A DNA stretch of 64,000 nt from a virus (IMGVR_UViG_2974506819_000001:98789-162788), one strand, 5' to 3'; positions 11,201 through 20,079 are shown, numbered from the stretch's first letter. Notes: generated by a model not told the origin, from the sequence alone. Translations and numbers: made by a program.

Positions 11201-11602
11201 TTAGCGGACTACCATTACCGAGGCGAAGTGTCGTTGTTGAACGGTAACATGACATTACGCTTGAGCTCAACGGTAGATAACGGTACGGGAACTGAGATTG
11301 ATCTGATTACAGGTCAAACGTGGTCACCGGGTGTACGTTATACTGGACCGGGTGGTAGCGAAGCAGGATGGAACACACTGAATTCCTGGTCGAAGGTGAT
11401 GCCTGGATTGGCTATTCCGAACATCCAGAACGCGAAGTCCGCAACGGTACGTGTAGTGCCTGTTCGTGGTCGTCAAGGTGACGTAGCAGTATTGCAGCAA
11501 CCAACCGCAGCAAACAACTGGACGTTCATTACTGGCGGAACTGACTTACCGGGTGGAAGTGACAACTACATCTGGCAGGTTTATTTAACCGTTAACTGGT
11601 AA
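8300..11602 (+). CDS. Large fibre/spike-like structural protein (~1100 aa)
   Basis: Long ORF in the structural module; GTG 8300 preceded by SD gaggag (ORF-track GTG 8273 lies inside a terminator hairpin); no nearby in-frame ATG. Confidence 0.55.
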   Translation: MIIIERWKEPPVLDTPEPKFGEVIRSLNDLLFLAEQQTQQFNASTTAKLDTIKTKLTRFSVDLPARIDVHLNGKGAMHGETRNTIGLSKVDNFRTATLTEQRDMVDVDALCTPAGVQAAVDKNNSFRQEDYQKNDLFPFGSIHTPDLYPRVSTNWKNVPYFQNDYCTLGYQNDRVIVSPKQDASKYSGFTGFVSDSLQAASMMLLNEQSDMAMSYLGEGWGMRGAQTSDNKVAVFRPLANLKKFNYPSQMNLPGSKAYILWDEYITDLVQGFAVSVDVSGSTISVYHDVFKALNPTTDPTLTSAVSLGVLTSLTWIGGLDLVPVRGSHAYNLYNFIDADPGVTIAVNPAARIKVSPTLIWAVQDKEIYVHIAVPVIVAANGKSKEYVLRFTESWNVAGINNGSQISTTQLGVLTKDYVNANLEIRDTPKWMMPCDWTDALNPVGLPGVFLKSGYVIQARSTKYGIKVKYSTTPLKSSLEWINGYKTAKKPSSAVTRTFSPGRYLSFGEIPERILPMDVSNGVTRYLSYQDINKKHGYGWTEHTWFNDKVMKAGSPVNTHSALSPDNSIVYEFSNDFNKSLVIKAGKNGGIATSGMAFTFANDFVGKDGFSYQSGIVKPGVDVALGKPIIAAMQTHGLKILKRAAAQYGTGYDARKSELTNQVYCFDNSKILVIISDGLAYAEAGLFTYRIENGVLNAEIPLTDDQFFRITDSTKRPSLLSRTSATGDGVNHLFADLLIYQEDDDTFHVGVPRAFGHVFGDLTFSITNYRTKPAFTPRITNPARLYSNDSPIDVVEELYPQVLATTFGLFAFQPSITSAVQTRLQQAGGSFTMDPYLPPDAYYCIVPSGTRCILGGRSVTLERSYYLPFDGTDNTHFYLTRNGDDVLLEKSIGLMEPSNSSVLYAYYHPGELTIVPSYIVLDDHVLSYARRGSAIPVTLDTGTAIGSNVFFRRGDVNYVDVPVAQFELLADYHYRGEVSLLNGNMTLRLSSTVDNGTGTEIDLITGQTWSPGVRYTGPGGSEAGWNTLNSWSKVMPGLAIPNIQNAKSATVRVVPVRGRQGDVAVLQQPTAANNWTFITGGTDLPGGSDNYIWQVYLTVNW

Positions 11603-11608
11603 CAGACT

Positions 11609-11647
11609 CTACTACTCTCTCCTTGCGGAGAGAGTAGTAGTTTATTA
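11609..11647. terminator. Bidirectional terminator between converging fibre operon (+) and spike gene (-)
   Basis: Perfect 14-bp stem ctactactctctcc / ggagagagtagtag, loop ttgc, then tttatt. Confidence 0.8.
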
Positions 11648-11650
11648 ACG

Positions 11651-12634
11651 TTATTGAGGTCCGGCAGTTTTGTCGCCACCTTTTTCCACACCGCCGTGAA
11701 GGTGTTTATTAAGGCTGACGTTAGAACGCACATCCGAAGCAGAGTAAATCTCTTCTGTGGATTTAATCCCGCCTTTCTGGTCAATATTGCCGGTTAAATC
11801 AATATCGCCTTTCCAGGTTGTTTTCGGACAGTCGACATTCCAGGAGCTGGAAATTTGGAACTGGGTGTTCTTAGCCTGCACCTGCCACGTATCACACTGG
11901 ATGTTTAACTTCTTGGTCAACAGGTTAATCTCTTTATCAGCGTTGAGATTAATCTTGTCCTTAGTGTACGCAGTCAGTACTTGCTTGTTGATGTTGAACA
12001 CACTGCCGTCGGCGTTGGTATACGTCAGGCTACGTTCAATGTCATCCAGCACCAGATAACTCTTCTCTTTACCCCCCACCATAATTTTCCCGGCCATGGC
12101 ATCAATCATGACTTCAAAGACGGTCTTCTCCTGGTTCTTCTGCGAGGTACGGAACGAGACCTTACCGGTGTGGGTAGAAATCATGAAGGTGTAGAAGTTA
12201 TCAATGTTGAAATCTTCTTTATCCGGATCAGTGATGTTCTCATCGGTTGCTGGACTGGCACTCCACCCGTACATAACCGTTTCCAGACGCATGGTCTTGG
12301 CGTTCATCCCCCAGGTGGTCCAGTAATACTTCTTCTGACCGGTTACCTGGTAGATGCTTACCTCAGAGCCCTCACGCACATCGGGAGATGACAGGCGGTT
12401 CGAGTCACCCATGGACTTCCAGAAAGCCGGCACGGCGTTACTCATTAAAACTTTACTGTTAACTGTATTACCTTGAGCATCCAAACTTTGTTTTTCTTGT
12501 TGCTCTGCGGTGGCTTCAACTTTACCATCCGCCATCGGGAACTTGCTGGGCAGGTAGACCATGATTTGGTCAGTGTTGGTGTTTTTGTTAGCCGCCACTA
12601 TACCTGTCCCTAAGAATTGAATCATACTGCTCAT
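11651..12634 (-). CDS. Baseplate central spike-like protein (P2 gpV / T4 gp5-like), 327 aa
   Basis: Minus strand, converges on fibre operon at a bidirectional terminator; beta-rich; C-terminal SLNKHLHGG resembles the HxH apex motif of gpV-type spikes. Confidence 0.5.
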   Translation of the reverse strand: MSSMIQFLGTGIVAANKNTNTDQIMVYLPSKFPMADGKVEATAEQQEKQSLDAQGNTVNSKVLMSNAVPAFWKSMGDSNRLSSPDVREGSEVSIYQVTGQKKYYWTTWGMNAKTMRLETVMYGWSASPATDENITDPDKEDFNIDNFYTFMISTHTGKVSFRTSQKNQEKTVFEVMIDAMAGKIMVGGKEKSYLVLDDIERSLTYTNADGSVFNINKQVLTAYTKDKINLNADKEINLLTKKLNIQCDTWQVQAKNTQFQISSSWNVDCPKTTWKGDIDLTGNIDQKGGIKSTEEIYSASDVRSNVSLNKHLHGGVEKGGDKTAGPQ

Positions 12635-12712
12635 ACGAATATCCCTAGGAATAATAAAAATAAACTAGCAAGCCATCTTATCATGGGCCACTAAACTATA
12701 AGATTTCGTATC

Positions 12713-15172
12713 ATGATACTGAAACTCATCCTGGAAAACTACGTTCCATTAGCAACAAGCGGCATTAACAAAATCGAGCTTGACGTAAACCACATCGTCA
12801 ACTTGTTAATCAGTGTCAACGGCTCCGGTAAAACCAGTATTCTCAAAGAGATGAATCCACTGCCTCCGGACAACGCCAACTACAAAACAGGCGGCCGTAA
12901 ATACATCTCGATAATGCACAACCAAAAACACTTTGTGCTGGATTCATATACCCACAAAGGTAACGGTCACAGCTTCAAGGTTGATAACAAAGAGATGAAC
13001 GAAGGCGGCACGCTCACCGTTCAAAAGAACCTGGTGTTACAGTTCTTTAATCTCGACAACAACCTGAACAAAGTGTTGAGTGGGTTAAAAGTACCTGACC
13101 AACTCAGTGCCATGTCAACGTTACGTCGTAAAGAAGTCTTTATGCGTATCTATCCCAACAACACGGACTATGCGGTTGGGGTGTACAACAAGTTAAAGGA
13201 TGAACGCAACAGCTTAAAGGGTGCGATTAAGAATCAGGTTACCCGCTACGCCGAAGAGAACCGGAAACTGGAAACCCTGAGCGGGATGACCATCGGGGAA
13301 CTCGAAGACCAGGTCAAGTACATCGAAGAAGAGCTCAAGCATGCGCTGCTGTTACGTGGTCAGTTAGAGAACGCTGAGATGGACCCGGAGATGCGTAGCA
13401 AGTATGACCAGTTCAGTCGCCTGGTTGATAGCTTAACGTTGAACGTGGCGAAAGCCACCTCCATGAGTCACGAAGAGCTGTTACGTGAAGCGGCTCGGTT
13501 AGAGAACATGTTGGACTTTAACCTCAAGCACGCTGAGAAGTACACCACGCTGATTAACGAGTATACCAAGAACTTGTCAGGGTTAAGTTTAGAAGAGCAA
13601 GACCCGAAGAAGTTCAAGGATCAGCTCGAAATCATCAGTGATGAATTGGTGCGGTTGAATGAGTCAGTTATTCAACACGGTGAGACGCTGAAAGCTTTCC
13701 CTATCTTTAATGACGGGGAAATGTACGAAGAGTTGACGGTGATTGCCGAAGACTTTACCAGCTACCTACACCGTATCACGTTAGCCAGCTCGCCCGAGTT
13801 AACCAGCGGTCAGTATAAGCAGTGGTTAGCAGAAATCGAACAGATGAGTAACACCATTCGGTTACGTAAACAAGAACGTCAGCAGATTGCGCATCAGTTA
13901 AAGCACATGCAGCAGGCCGATGTGATTGAGTGCCCGGAGTGTACGCATAAGTTCAAACAAGGTATTACCCCGCAGGATATTGTTCGTGTAGAGCAGGGAT
14001 TGATAGCCGCCGATAAGTTCATCGAATCTCAGGAAGCCAAGTTAGTGAGTTTGCAAAAGCAGATTGACAACGACGCCGACTGGTATTACAGCATGAACCA
14101 ACTCGCTAGCTTTGTGCGGGAAAACCAGCACGTTCGTGTACTGTCTACGTTGATGCGTGAATACAACCTGGGTAAAGATCCAACCGAACGGTTGATTAAC
14201 GGCCTCAGGATGCATTGTAATCGCGTTAAACTTATCAAACGTAGAAACGCCTTGATGGAAGAGGAGAGCGTCTTAAAAGGGCGCATACAAATCCTCGAAA
14301 ACAATAATATGAGTCAGGCGCTGGAACAAATCCGGTGGGCCGAAGGGCAATTAGCTGACTTTAATCAGGGTATTCTGTTATACAGAGGGAAGTTGAAGGA
14401 CGTTAATCGCGAACTTGAACTGATTCGTCGCCACGAAATTGATTTGGAAACGCTGCTGTTCTTACGGGAAGAACTCTACTCAGGTTTTGTTAACCGAGCA
14501 CGGGCTGAACTCCGTAACACAGTAGACAACATCATTACCACGCTGGGTCCACGTAAAGACCGTCACCTGGCCGACATTATTCGCACACGTTCTTTGAGTT
14601 CTGTTGTGGCTTCTATTGATGAAGATATTCAACGCTTAAAGAAACGATTAGTTATCGTTGAAACAGCCATGGATGGGTTGTGTCCGAATAAAGGGTTAAT
14701 TGGTAAACTGATGTCCGATTTCATTCAGGCCGTCTGTGGTAACATGAACGCCATCATCAAAGACGTTTGGAACGAACGCCTGCTTATTAAACCTTGCACG
14801 AAGGAGAATGGAGATTTAACGTATAAGTTCCCGGTGATAAACGGTGAAGATTCGGTTAACTCGGACATTGTTGATTGTTCGGCTGGCGAAAGTGAAATCA
14901 TTAACTTTGCTTTCCGCTACGTCATGTTGCAATATCACGCTGACTATCCAATGTTCATGGATGAAGTCGGGGTATACTTCGACGAAATTAACCGCGGCCG
15001 TTTCTTTAACTTCATCAAGAACTATGCGTTGAGTGGCGACTGCACACAGATGTTTATGATCTCCCACTACGTTAACCAGTACGGCATATTCAAAGACGCA
15101 AACATCATTGCGCTGAAGTACGACGGGTTGACGATTAATGGGGAAGTGAACAAGCATTCTGTCATACACTAA
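12713..15172 (+). CDS. Rad50/SbcC-like SMC-family ATPase (819 aa)
   Basis: Walker A NGSGKTS at N-term; long central coiled coil with CPEC (zinc-hook-like CxxC); C-terminal signature-like SAGES, Walker B MFMDE, H-loop-like MISH. Confidence 0.7.
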   Translation: MILKLILENYVPLATSGINKIELDVNHIVNLLISVNGSGKTSILKEMNPLPPDNANYKTGGRKYISIMHNQKHFVLDSYTHKGNGHSFKVDNKEMNEGGTLTVQKNLVLQFFNLDNNLNKVLSGLKVPDQLSAMSTLRRKEVFMRIYPNNTDYAVGVYNKLKDERNSLKGAIKNQVTRYAEENRKLETLSGMTIGELEDQVKYIEEELKHALLLRGQLENAEMDPEMRSKYDQFSRLVDSLTLNVAKATSMSHEELLREAARLENMLDFNLKHAEKYTTLINEYTKNLSGLSLEEQDPKKFKDQLEIISDELVRLNESVIQHGETLKAFPIFNDGEMYEELTVIAEDFTSYLHRITLASSPELTSGQYKQWLAEIEQMSNTIRLRKQERQQIAHQLKHMQQADVIECPECTHKFKQGITPQDIVRVEQGLIAADKFIESQEAKLVSLQKQIDNDADWYYSMNQLASFVRENQHVRVLSTLMREYNLGKDPTERLINGLRMHCNRVKLIKRRNALMEEESVLKGRIQILENNNMSQALEQIRWAEGQLADFNQGILLYRGKLKDVNRELELIRRHEIDLETLLFLREELYSGFVNRARAELRNTVDNIITTLGPRKDRHLADIIRTRSLSSVVASIDEDIQRLKKRLVIVETAMDGLCPNKGLIGKLMSDFIQAVCGNMNAIIKDVWNERLLIKPCTKENGDLTYKFPVINGEDSVNSDIVDCSAGESEIINFAFRYVMLQYHADYPMFMDEVGVYFDEINRGRFFNFIKNYALSGDCTQMFMISHYVNQYGIFKDANIIALKYDGLTINGEVNKHSVIH

Positions 15173-15186
15173 CAATAGTTTTTCAG

Positions 15187-15210
15187 ACCTACATTATTAG
15201 GCTGATAGAG
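15187..15210 (+). promoter_or_regulatory. Degenerate promoter-like motif copy (GACCTACATTATTAGGCTGATAG) upstream of the SLT gene, overlapping a 10-bp-stem 5'UTR hairpin
   Basis: First half matches CTACATTATTA; second half diverges. Confidence 0.3.
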
Positions 15211-15277
15211 GCAAGATTTAAGTGCAATATCCGAAGCAGTCTTGCCTCTAAAAACAAAATAGAGGAAACACCGTATC

Positions 15278-15976
15278 ATGTTCAAGTCAATTCTTATCAC
15301 TTTAGGGGTCGTTTTCAGCTTGATGGGCGCGCCAGCACTGGCTAGCACAAGCACGGCACACCCAGCCGAAATTAAAGGGTTCAATAAACTCAAGGACTAC
15401 ATATTCGAGGCAGAACAAAAAACGGGGACGTCAGCCGAGTTGCTTACGGCCTTGTTAAGTGTCGAATCCACCATGGGACACAATACTGTTAACCGTCACA
15501 GCAGTGCGCGTGGGGTGATGCAGTATACCAGTAAAACCTGGCGGGCGGATTTAAAGAAGTACCATAAACAGTTGGGGTTATCAGCCAATGCCTCTGTCAC
15601 TAATCCACGTGCCGCTATTCTGGTCACGGCAGCAGCATTAGCCGATAATAAAGTTTACCTACAACGTAAAACAGGCAGAACCATCTCTAACGGTGATTTA
15701 TACATGACCCATTTTGTTGGCCTAGGCGGTGCGGAGAAAATCCTACGAGGAGAATCTACCACTCGCGTGTCCAAACTGGTTACTGTACACAGTAAGAATG
15801 GAAAGCGTTACCACGTCAAAGGTAAGGTTGCCACGGTCGCTCAATTCCGGGCAAAGATGAATACCTTAATTAAGAACGAGACACGTAAATACGCCGTGGC
15901 TCTGGATCAAAGTCGAATGGATAACTTGATGACTGCTTTGAGTAACAACAAATCTTACGCAGTGGCTTCACTGTAA
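15278..15976 (+). CDS. Lytic transglycosylase (SLT domain) with N-terminal signal peptide
   Basis: Signal peptide MFKSILITLGVVFSLMGAPALA; SLT catalytic motifs LLSVES...SSARGVMQYT; SD agagga. Confidence 0.75.
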   Translation: MFKSILITLGVVFSLMGAPALASTSTAHPAEIKGFNKLKDYIFEAEQKTGTSAELLTALLSVESTMGHNTVNRHSSARGVMQYTSKTWRADLKKYHKQLGLSANASVTNPRAAILVTAAALADNKVYLQRKTGRTISNGDLYMTHFVGLGGAEKILRGESTTRVSKLVTVHSKNGKRYHVKGKVATVAQFRAKMNTLIKNETRKYAVALDQSRMDNLMTALSNNKSYAVASL

Positions 15977-16094
15977 TTTGTTACCACGCGGTTTCATAGT
16001 TATGAGGATAATGTACTTGAAATAACTAACTGTAGTAGACGATAAAATCAGGGGTCGATTCTACATGAGTTGTTCTAGTCGAATGAGGTTAATT

Positions 16095-16352
16095 ATGACT
16101 AAGCAAATTGTTAAAGCAACTGTAGTGGATGACGTTCTGGTTCCCAACCCCAATGGTGAAACTGAAGTCATCGTAGATATTGAACAAAACGCCGGTGATT
16201 GCAAGACTGCTACCCTGTCTTTCTGGGGTAACATCCAAGGGGTCGTCAGCTATGACGAAACCGGTGAACGTGTGGTTAGCCATATGGCACTGGGAATGGG
16301 CGACACTGCGAATATTGCATCGTCCATTGAAAACATTGCCAATGTAATTTAA
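16095..16352 (+). CDS. Hypothetical protein (85 aa)
   Basis: ATG 16095 with SD gagg 6 nt upstream (ORF-track start 16065 also ATG); followed by terminator hairpin 16374-16400. Confidence 0.4.
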   Translation: MTKQIVKATVVDDVLVPNPNGETEVIVDIEQNAGDCKTATLSFWGNIQGVVSYDETGERVVSHMALGMGDTANIASSIENIANVI

Positions 16353-16373
16353 TCACGTCAGGTACTCTCTAGG

Positions 16374-16405
16374 GCTTGTCCCTAGAGAGTAACCTTTATT
16401 ATGCT
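16374..16405 (+). terminator. Rho-independent terminator
   Basis: 11-bp stem actctctaggg / ccctagagagt, then tttatt. Confidence 0.6.
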
Positions 16406-16424
16406 TTTTTGAAGGATTGCTTTT

Positions 16425-16916
16425 ATGCTGTTACTTAAAGATATCCGCGAATTAGATGAAGTACGTTTCCCGTCGAGCATTAACCACTCGTATAAATGGT
16501 GTCTTTTACCTTATCAAAGCGGTAACGACAGCAACGACCTGCTGTTGATGTTAATCCGTGAACCGATTCGTTTACCTTTGCCGCCGAAGTTTGGCTACTA
16601 CAATAACTGGGATATGCCAGAAGTTGAAACGGAAACCATTGAGTGTATCAGCCTCAGTCGTGCCGGTCAGCTCTGGAGTGCAGAAGTCGGGACCGACGGT
16701 ACCAAGACCGTGGCGGACTTCGTGACCTGGATTATTGCCATCATGGTGGTGAAGATCAAGAACATGCTGTTGGAAGTCGATATCGAAGACGAGAAGGTTT
16801 ATCCGTTTGCTCGAGGGTTTGTGGATGCGCATTCACAAGACCAGGGACTCCACGCTATTGCTAACGTGCTGACCAACAACTTTAGTCAGCTGTACTATTT
16901 TTCTAATACACACTGA
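16425..16916 (+). CDS. Hypothetical protein (163 aa)
   Basis: ATG start, codon usage consistent with neighbours. Confidence 0.5.
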   Translation: MLLLKDIRELDEVRFPSSINHSYKWCLLPYQSGNDSNDLLLMLIREPIRLPLPPKFGYYNNWDMPEVETETIECISLSRAGQLWSAEVGTDGTKTVADFVTWIIAIMVVKIKNMLLEVDIEDEKVYPFARGFVDAHSQDQGLHAIANVLTNNFSQLYYFSNTH

Positions 16917-16926
16917 GATTACCGTA

Positions 16927-17604
16927 ATGAGCTTTGTATTAAACTTAGACATGGACGACGTTGTTACCGACACCAACACTTTAATGGTGAGCGACTTAAT
17001 CACCATTCTCAAAGACTACGATCATCCTGCAGCGGAATACTTATTGCACCATTTAATTATTCACGACGACCTCCATACTCTAGCGTTTCAAGAAAGGTTG
17101 CGTAAGCACGCGCCAGAGTTGGGGACGTTGTTGGATACCGTTATCAAAACGGCTATCATGGACAAAGGGTGTTACATGACCCGTGTCAAACCCAACTACG
17201 CCGTGGTGGACTACATCCGGACCACTTTAGCCAAAGCGGTAGAGAGTGGTCGCATTGAACTGGCGGTGACAACACACCGTGGGTTCCATGTGGATGCCAC
17301 GGACCTGACCAAGGCGTGGTTACGGGAACAGAAGGTTGAACATCTGATTAACGATTTCAACGTCCTGGATTACCGCACCATTCCCAACAAGCTGGTTTAC
17401 CTGCGCGAGCGCTACGGCGATAACTTCCTGCTGGTTGACGACAACCCTATCGCAGGAACAGAACTGCTGCCGCACCACAAAGAGTTGGTGATTTACACCA
17501 ATGGGCGGAAACACCTCAGTCGGTACACCAATCAAGCCATTGTCAATAACGTTGCTGAACTCCATGCGCACCTTATTGAACTGGGTGTGATTGGTTACTA
17601 TTAA
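16927..17604 (+). CDS. HAD-superfamily 5'(3')-deoxyribonucleotidase-like protein (225 aa)
   Basis: N-terminal HAD motif I LNLDMDDVVTD (DxDxV), motif IV LLVDDNP; pattern resembles NT5C-type nucleotidases common in phages. Confidence 0.5.
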   Translation: MSFVLNLDMDDVVTDTNTLMVSDLITILKDYDHPAAEYLLHHLIIHDDLHTLAFQERLRKHAPELGTLLDTVIKTAIMDKGCYMTRVKPNYAVVDYIRTTLAKAVESGRIELAVTTHRGFHVDATDLTKAWLREQKVEHLINDFNVLDYRTIPNKLVYLRERYGDNFLLVDDNPIAGTELLPHHKELVIYTNGRKHLSRYTNQAIVNNVAELHAHLIELGVIGYY

Positions 17605-17612
17605 GGAAACCC

Positions 17613-19544
17613 ATGAAAGCCATTAACCAAGACATACTCGAACAAATGCAAACGTTGCATGAGCAGATTGCTCATTATAACCACCTGCATTTCGTTGAGA
17701 ACAAGTCCGAAATCAGCGATGAAGAGTTTGATGCGTTAATGCGAGAACTCAACACCCTGAAGGCAACCAACCCCAAAGAAGCCCGGGAGCTGGAAAAGAA
17801 GTCGGCGGTGATTCCGTTGTCCGGTGGCGGGACGGAATTAGAACTGGCACGGCTGGAAGAAAAGATGTTGTCACTCAATAAGGTGTATAACCAAGGTGAG
17901 TTAGACATCTTCATGAAACAGCAGCCTGAAGGTGCAACGTTTAGCTACGAGTACAAGCTGGACGGCTTGGCATTGGAACTCAACTACGTGAACGGAGTGT
18001 TAAAGGAAATCCTGACGCGCTATGACGGTTCTAACGGTGAGTTGGTTACTCATGCGTTGCCGTTGTTCAACAACATCCCGCTGGAAGTACCAGAATGGCG
18101 TGATATCCCCACCCGTCGGGTACGGGGAGAAGGATACATCACGTATGCCAACTTTGCCCGTTACAATGAAGTGTCAACGCTGCCGGCAAAGAATACCCGT
18201 AACTCGGTAGCCGGTTGGGTTCGTGCTTTACCACAGAACCAGAATCCCCTGGCAAAAGGATTGCTGAGCTTTAACACGTATTGGTGTGACGCTGACTTCG
18301 GTAAAACCACGTACGATGAAGTCATGGACGAACTGGTTAAGCTGGGCTTTGAGCGTGCGCCAAAGATTACCGAACTCTACATTGAAAACAATGTACGTAG
18401 TACGGTTGTGCCGGTGGATGGAGTGGTCATCAAAGTCAATGAGTTAGCGCTGCAGAAGAAGCAAGGTAACCGAAGCAACAGTCCGCGTTGGGCCATTGCG
18501 TATAAGTTCCCTGCTGAAACCGCTGAAACCCGTTTGACCGATGTGGTATGGCAAGTGGGTCGTACCGGAGCCGTAACCCCGGTGATTCAATATTCACCAA
18601 TCATGCTGATGGGGGCAGAGTGTTCACGTGCTACGATCCATAATTATCGCCGTTTTATTAACCACGGTCTGCGTATCGGTAGCCGTGTGCTTATCTCTCG
18701 CAATGGTGACGTGATTCCTCACTTAGCCAAGGTGATTGATAACGGCAACGGGAAAATCATCCATGCCCCTAAAGCCTGTCCGAGTTGCGGAGCCTTACTC
18801 TCTTACGAAGGAGAGAATGACGAAGCGATTCACCTGCGCTGTAATAACGTCGCCAGCTGTCCTGCACAGTTAGCCCAGCGTTGTTATAACCTGGTAGATA
18901 AGGATGGATTGGATATCGATGGGATTGGCCTGGTAACGATCACCAAATGGATTGAAGAGGGGTTAGTGAAAAACCCGGCTGATATCTTCCGGTTACCGGA
19001 GTCCGCTACTAACCCCGGTATCTATGCCCGTATCCATGCCGCCCGCCAGGTGCCGCTGAATAAGTTCATTAAAGCACTGAGTTTGCCGAGCGTGGGTGTA
19101 GTGACTGCAATGAACATTGCCAAGGCGGTAGGGGATTATGAATTACCCTACTTTCTGACGCAGGTCGAACTGTTAGCGGCTATCCCTGACATTGGTCCGG
19201 GTACGGCTATGGAAATCGCCAACGCTGCCCAAGACCCAGAGTTCGTGAAGCTGCTGACTCGGTTATTGGAAGAGGTGTCGCTGATTCCACCTAAGGTTGA
19301 AGTTTACACCTGTAAGGCTGCCATCAGTGGGTCAACGTCGATGCCGCGGTCTGAACTGGAGGATATCTTCCGGGAAAGCGGTATTGAGATTACCAACAAG
19401 GTAACCAAGGATTGTAAGGTCATGTTGGTGGGACAACGACCCAGTAATCCGAAAGTTGCCAAAGCCAACAAGTTTGGTTTACCTGTTATCGATGTGGTAT
19501 CGGTTCCTGATATCCAGGCATTAATTGAGAGGATTTTAGCATGA
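17613..19544 (+). CDS. ligA: NAD+-dependent DNA ligase (LigA family), 643 aa
   Basis: Adenylation motif KLDGLA (KxDG); N-terminal Ia domain; Cys4 zinc finger CPSCG...CNNVASCPAQ; C-terminal BRCT-like segment; SD aaggaaa. Confidence 0.9.
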   Translation: MKAINQDILEQMQTLHEQIAHYNHLHFVENKSEISDEEFDALMRELNTLKATNPKEARELEKKSAVIPLSGGGTELELARLEEKMLSLNKVYNQGELDIFMKQQPEGATFSYEYKLDGLALELNYVNGVLKEILTRYDGSNGELVTHALPLFNNIPLEVPEWRDIPTRRVRGEGYITYANFARYNEVSTLPAKNTRNSVAGWVRALPQNQNPLAKGLLSFNTYWCDADFGKTTYDEVMDELVKLGFERAPKITELYIENNVRSTVVPVDGVVIKVNELALQKKQGNRSNSPRWAIAYKFPAETAETRLTDVVWQVGRTGAVTPVIQYSPIMLMGAECSRATIHNYRRFINHGLRIGSRVLISRNGDVIPHLAKVIDNGNGKIIHAPKACPSCGALLSYEGENDEAIHLRCNNVASCPAQLAQRCYNLVDKDGLDIDGIGLVTITKWIEEGLVKNPADIFRLPESATNPGIYARIHAARQVPLNKFIKALSLPSVGVVTAMNIAKAVGDYELPYFLTQVELLAAIPDIGPGTAMEIANAAQDPEFVKLLTRLLEEVSLIPPKVEVYTCKAAISGSTSMPRSELEDIFRESGIEITNKVTKDCKVMLVGQRPSNPKVAKANKFGLPVIDVVSVPDIQALIERILA

Positions 19545-19864
19545 TAATTCGCAATGGTTATATCGTTCACCTGATTAACCAAAAGGGCAGTGCTGCTGAG
19601 CTGGAAAAGGTGTTGCCGGACAATGTGAAGGTTAACGTAATAGAGATTGGGGAACGCCGCCTGCAGCTGATGATTCCGGATAGCACTACGTTTACTGAAC
19701 AGTTGGGTAACAGTCTGGTGGCTACTGGTCCGTTCCTGGTGTCGCAGATGATCTCCGCAAAGGGTGAAATGTATGTCTACTACACCAAAGACGACTTCCG
19801 CAGTCAGGTGAAAGAAGATAACCAGCGTCTGGCCGGCGATCTGTTTAACCCTGGACGTCATTAA
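19541..19864 (+). CDS. Hypothetical protein (107 aa)
   Basis: ATG overlaps ligase stop (ATGA). Confidence 0.5.
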   Translation: MIIRNGYIVHLINQKGSAAELEKVLPDNVKVNVIEIGERRLQLMIPDSTTFTEQLGNSLVATGPFLVSQMISAKGEMYVYYTKDDFRSQVKEDNQRLAGDLFNPGRH

Positions 19865-20070
19865 TGGAAAAGACCAATGTGAAGCATGTTGCATTGGTCG
19901 GTCCTCCTTTGACCACTACCCTCGTGAGTATGGCACTGGGAGGACAATCCAGTCCGGCGAATTTTGTCTATCAAGCACTGCCCGAAAACCCACCACGTTT
20001 TCAAGGGCGGGAAGTTATCATCTCAGCAAAGGGTAACCTGTACCCGGCCGCTAAAACTCGACGCAAATAA
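19864..20070 (+). CDS. Hypothetical small protein (68 aa)
   Basis: ATG overlapping upstream stop (TAATG); short, uncertain. Confidence 0.3.
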   Translation: MEKTNVKHVALVGPPLTTTLVSMALGGQSSPANFVYQALPENPPRFQGREVIISAKGNLYPAAKTRRK

Positions 20071-20079
20071 GGATAGAAA

